DNA of 64,000 nt from the NCBI RefSeq assembly GCF_006345805.1, contig NC_043002.1, positions 107,012,001-107,076,000 on the forward strand, read 5' to 3'. The notes below the pieces were generated by a model. That model saw only the letters and a program-made list of their open reading frames with translations, had not been told where the DNA came from and ran no database searches. Each line of letters begins with the position of its first letter. Position 1 is the first letter of the stretch. Below are positions 63,942-64,000 of the stretch, piece after piece. A program made the translations under genes and the position numbers. The DNA is from Octopus sinensis (taxonomy: Eukaryota).

Positions 63942-63987
63942 AACACAACATTTTGGCTGATATACCCTCCAGCCTTCATCAGGTGTC
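63942..63987 (-). ncRNA. Minimal type-I hammerhead-like motif, CpG-decayed copy
   Basis: GACAC-CUGAUGA-A-GGCUG(GAGGGUAUAU)CAGCC-AAAA-UG-UU|GUGUU. Reversing two CpG transitions restores GAAACGUU. Confidence 0.55.
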
Positions 63988-64000
63988 TTGGGGAAATTTC

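Overview
AT-rich, repeat-dense eukaryotic genomic DNA. The repeat families look like coleoid cephalopod (Octopus-type) DNA; this is inferred from recognition, not from a database search. Two host genes are supported. On the minus strand is the first coding exon of GGNBP2 (24444-24530); no later GGNBP2 exon is recognisable in the 24 kb downstream. On the plus strand are the first three coding exons of an ABCB9/TAPL-like half ABC transporter with a 4-TM TMD0 (60407-62722, continuing beyond the window). The rest is intronic or intergenic: a ~4.6 kb (TA)/(TACA) microsatellite, several tRNA-headed SINE families, RTE LINE remnants whose 3' UTR carries a 66-bp VNTR, a decayed CRE-clade restriction-like-endonuclease retrotransposon, a rearranged Penelope-like element (PLE), mariner/maT relics, piggyBac-, hAT- and Merlin/MULE-type MITEs, two non-autonomous Helitrons and several fold-back palindromes. 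The most notable unannotated signal is a set of minimal type-I hammerhead-ribozyme-like motifs in three unrelated repeat families. All have an extra A after the CUGANGA box and a loopless palindromic stem III, the dimer-dependent architecture; one family is a tRNA-head plus hammerhead-tail SINE. Almost all ORFs in the supplied track are microsatellite or transposon artefacts.
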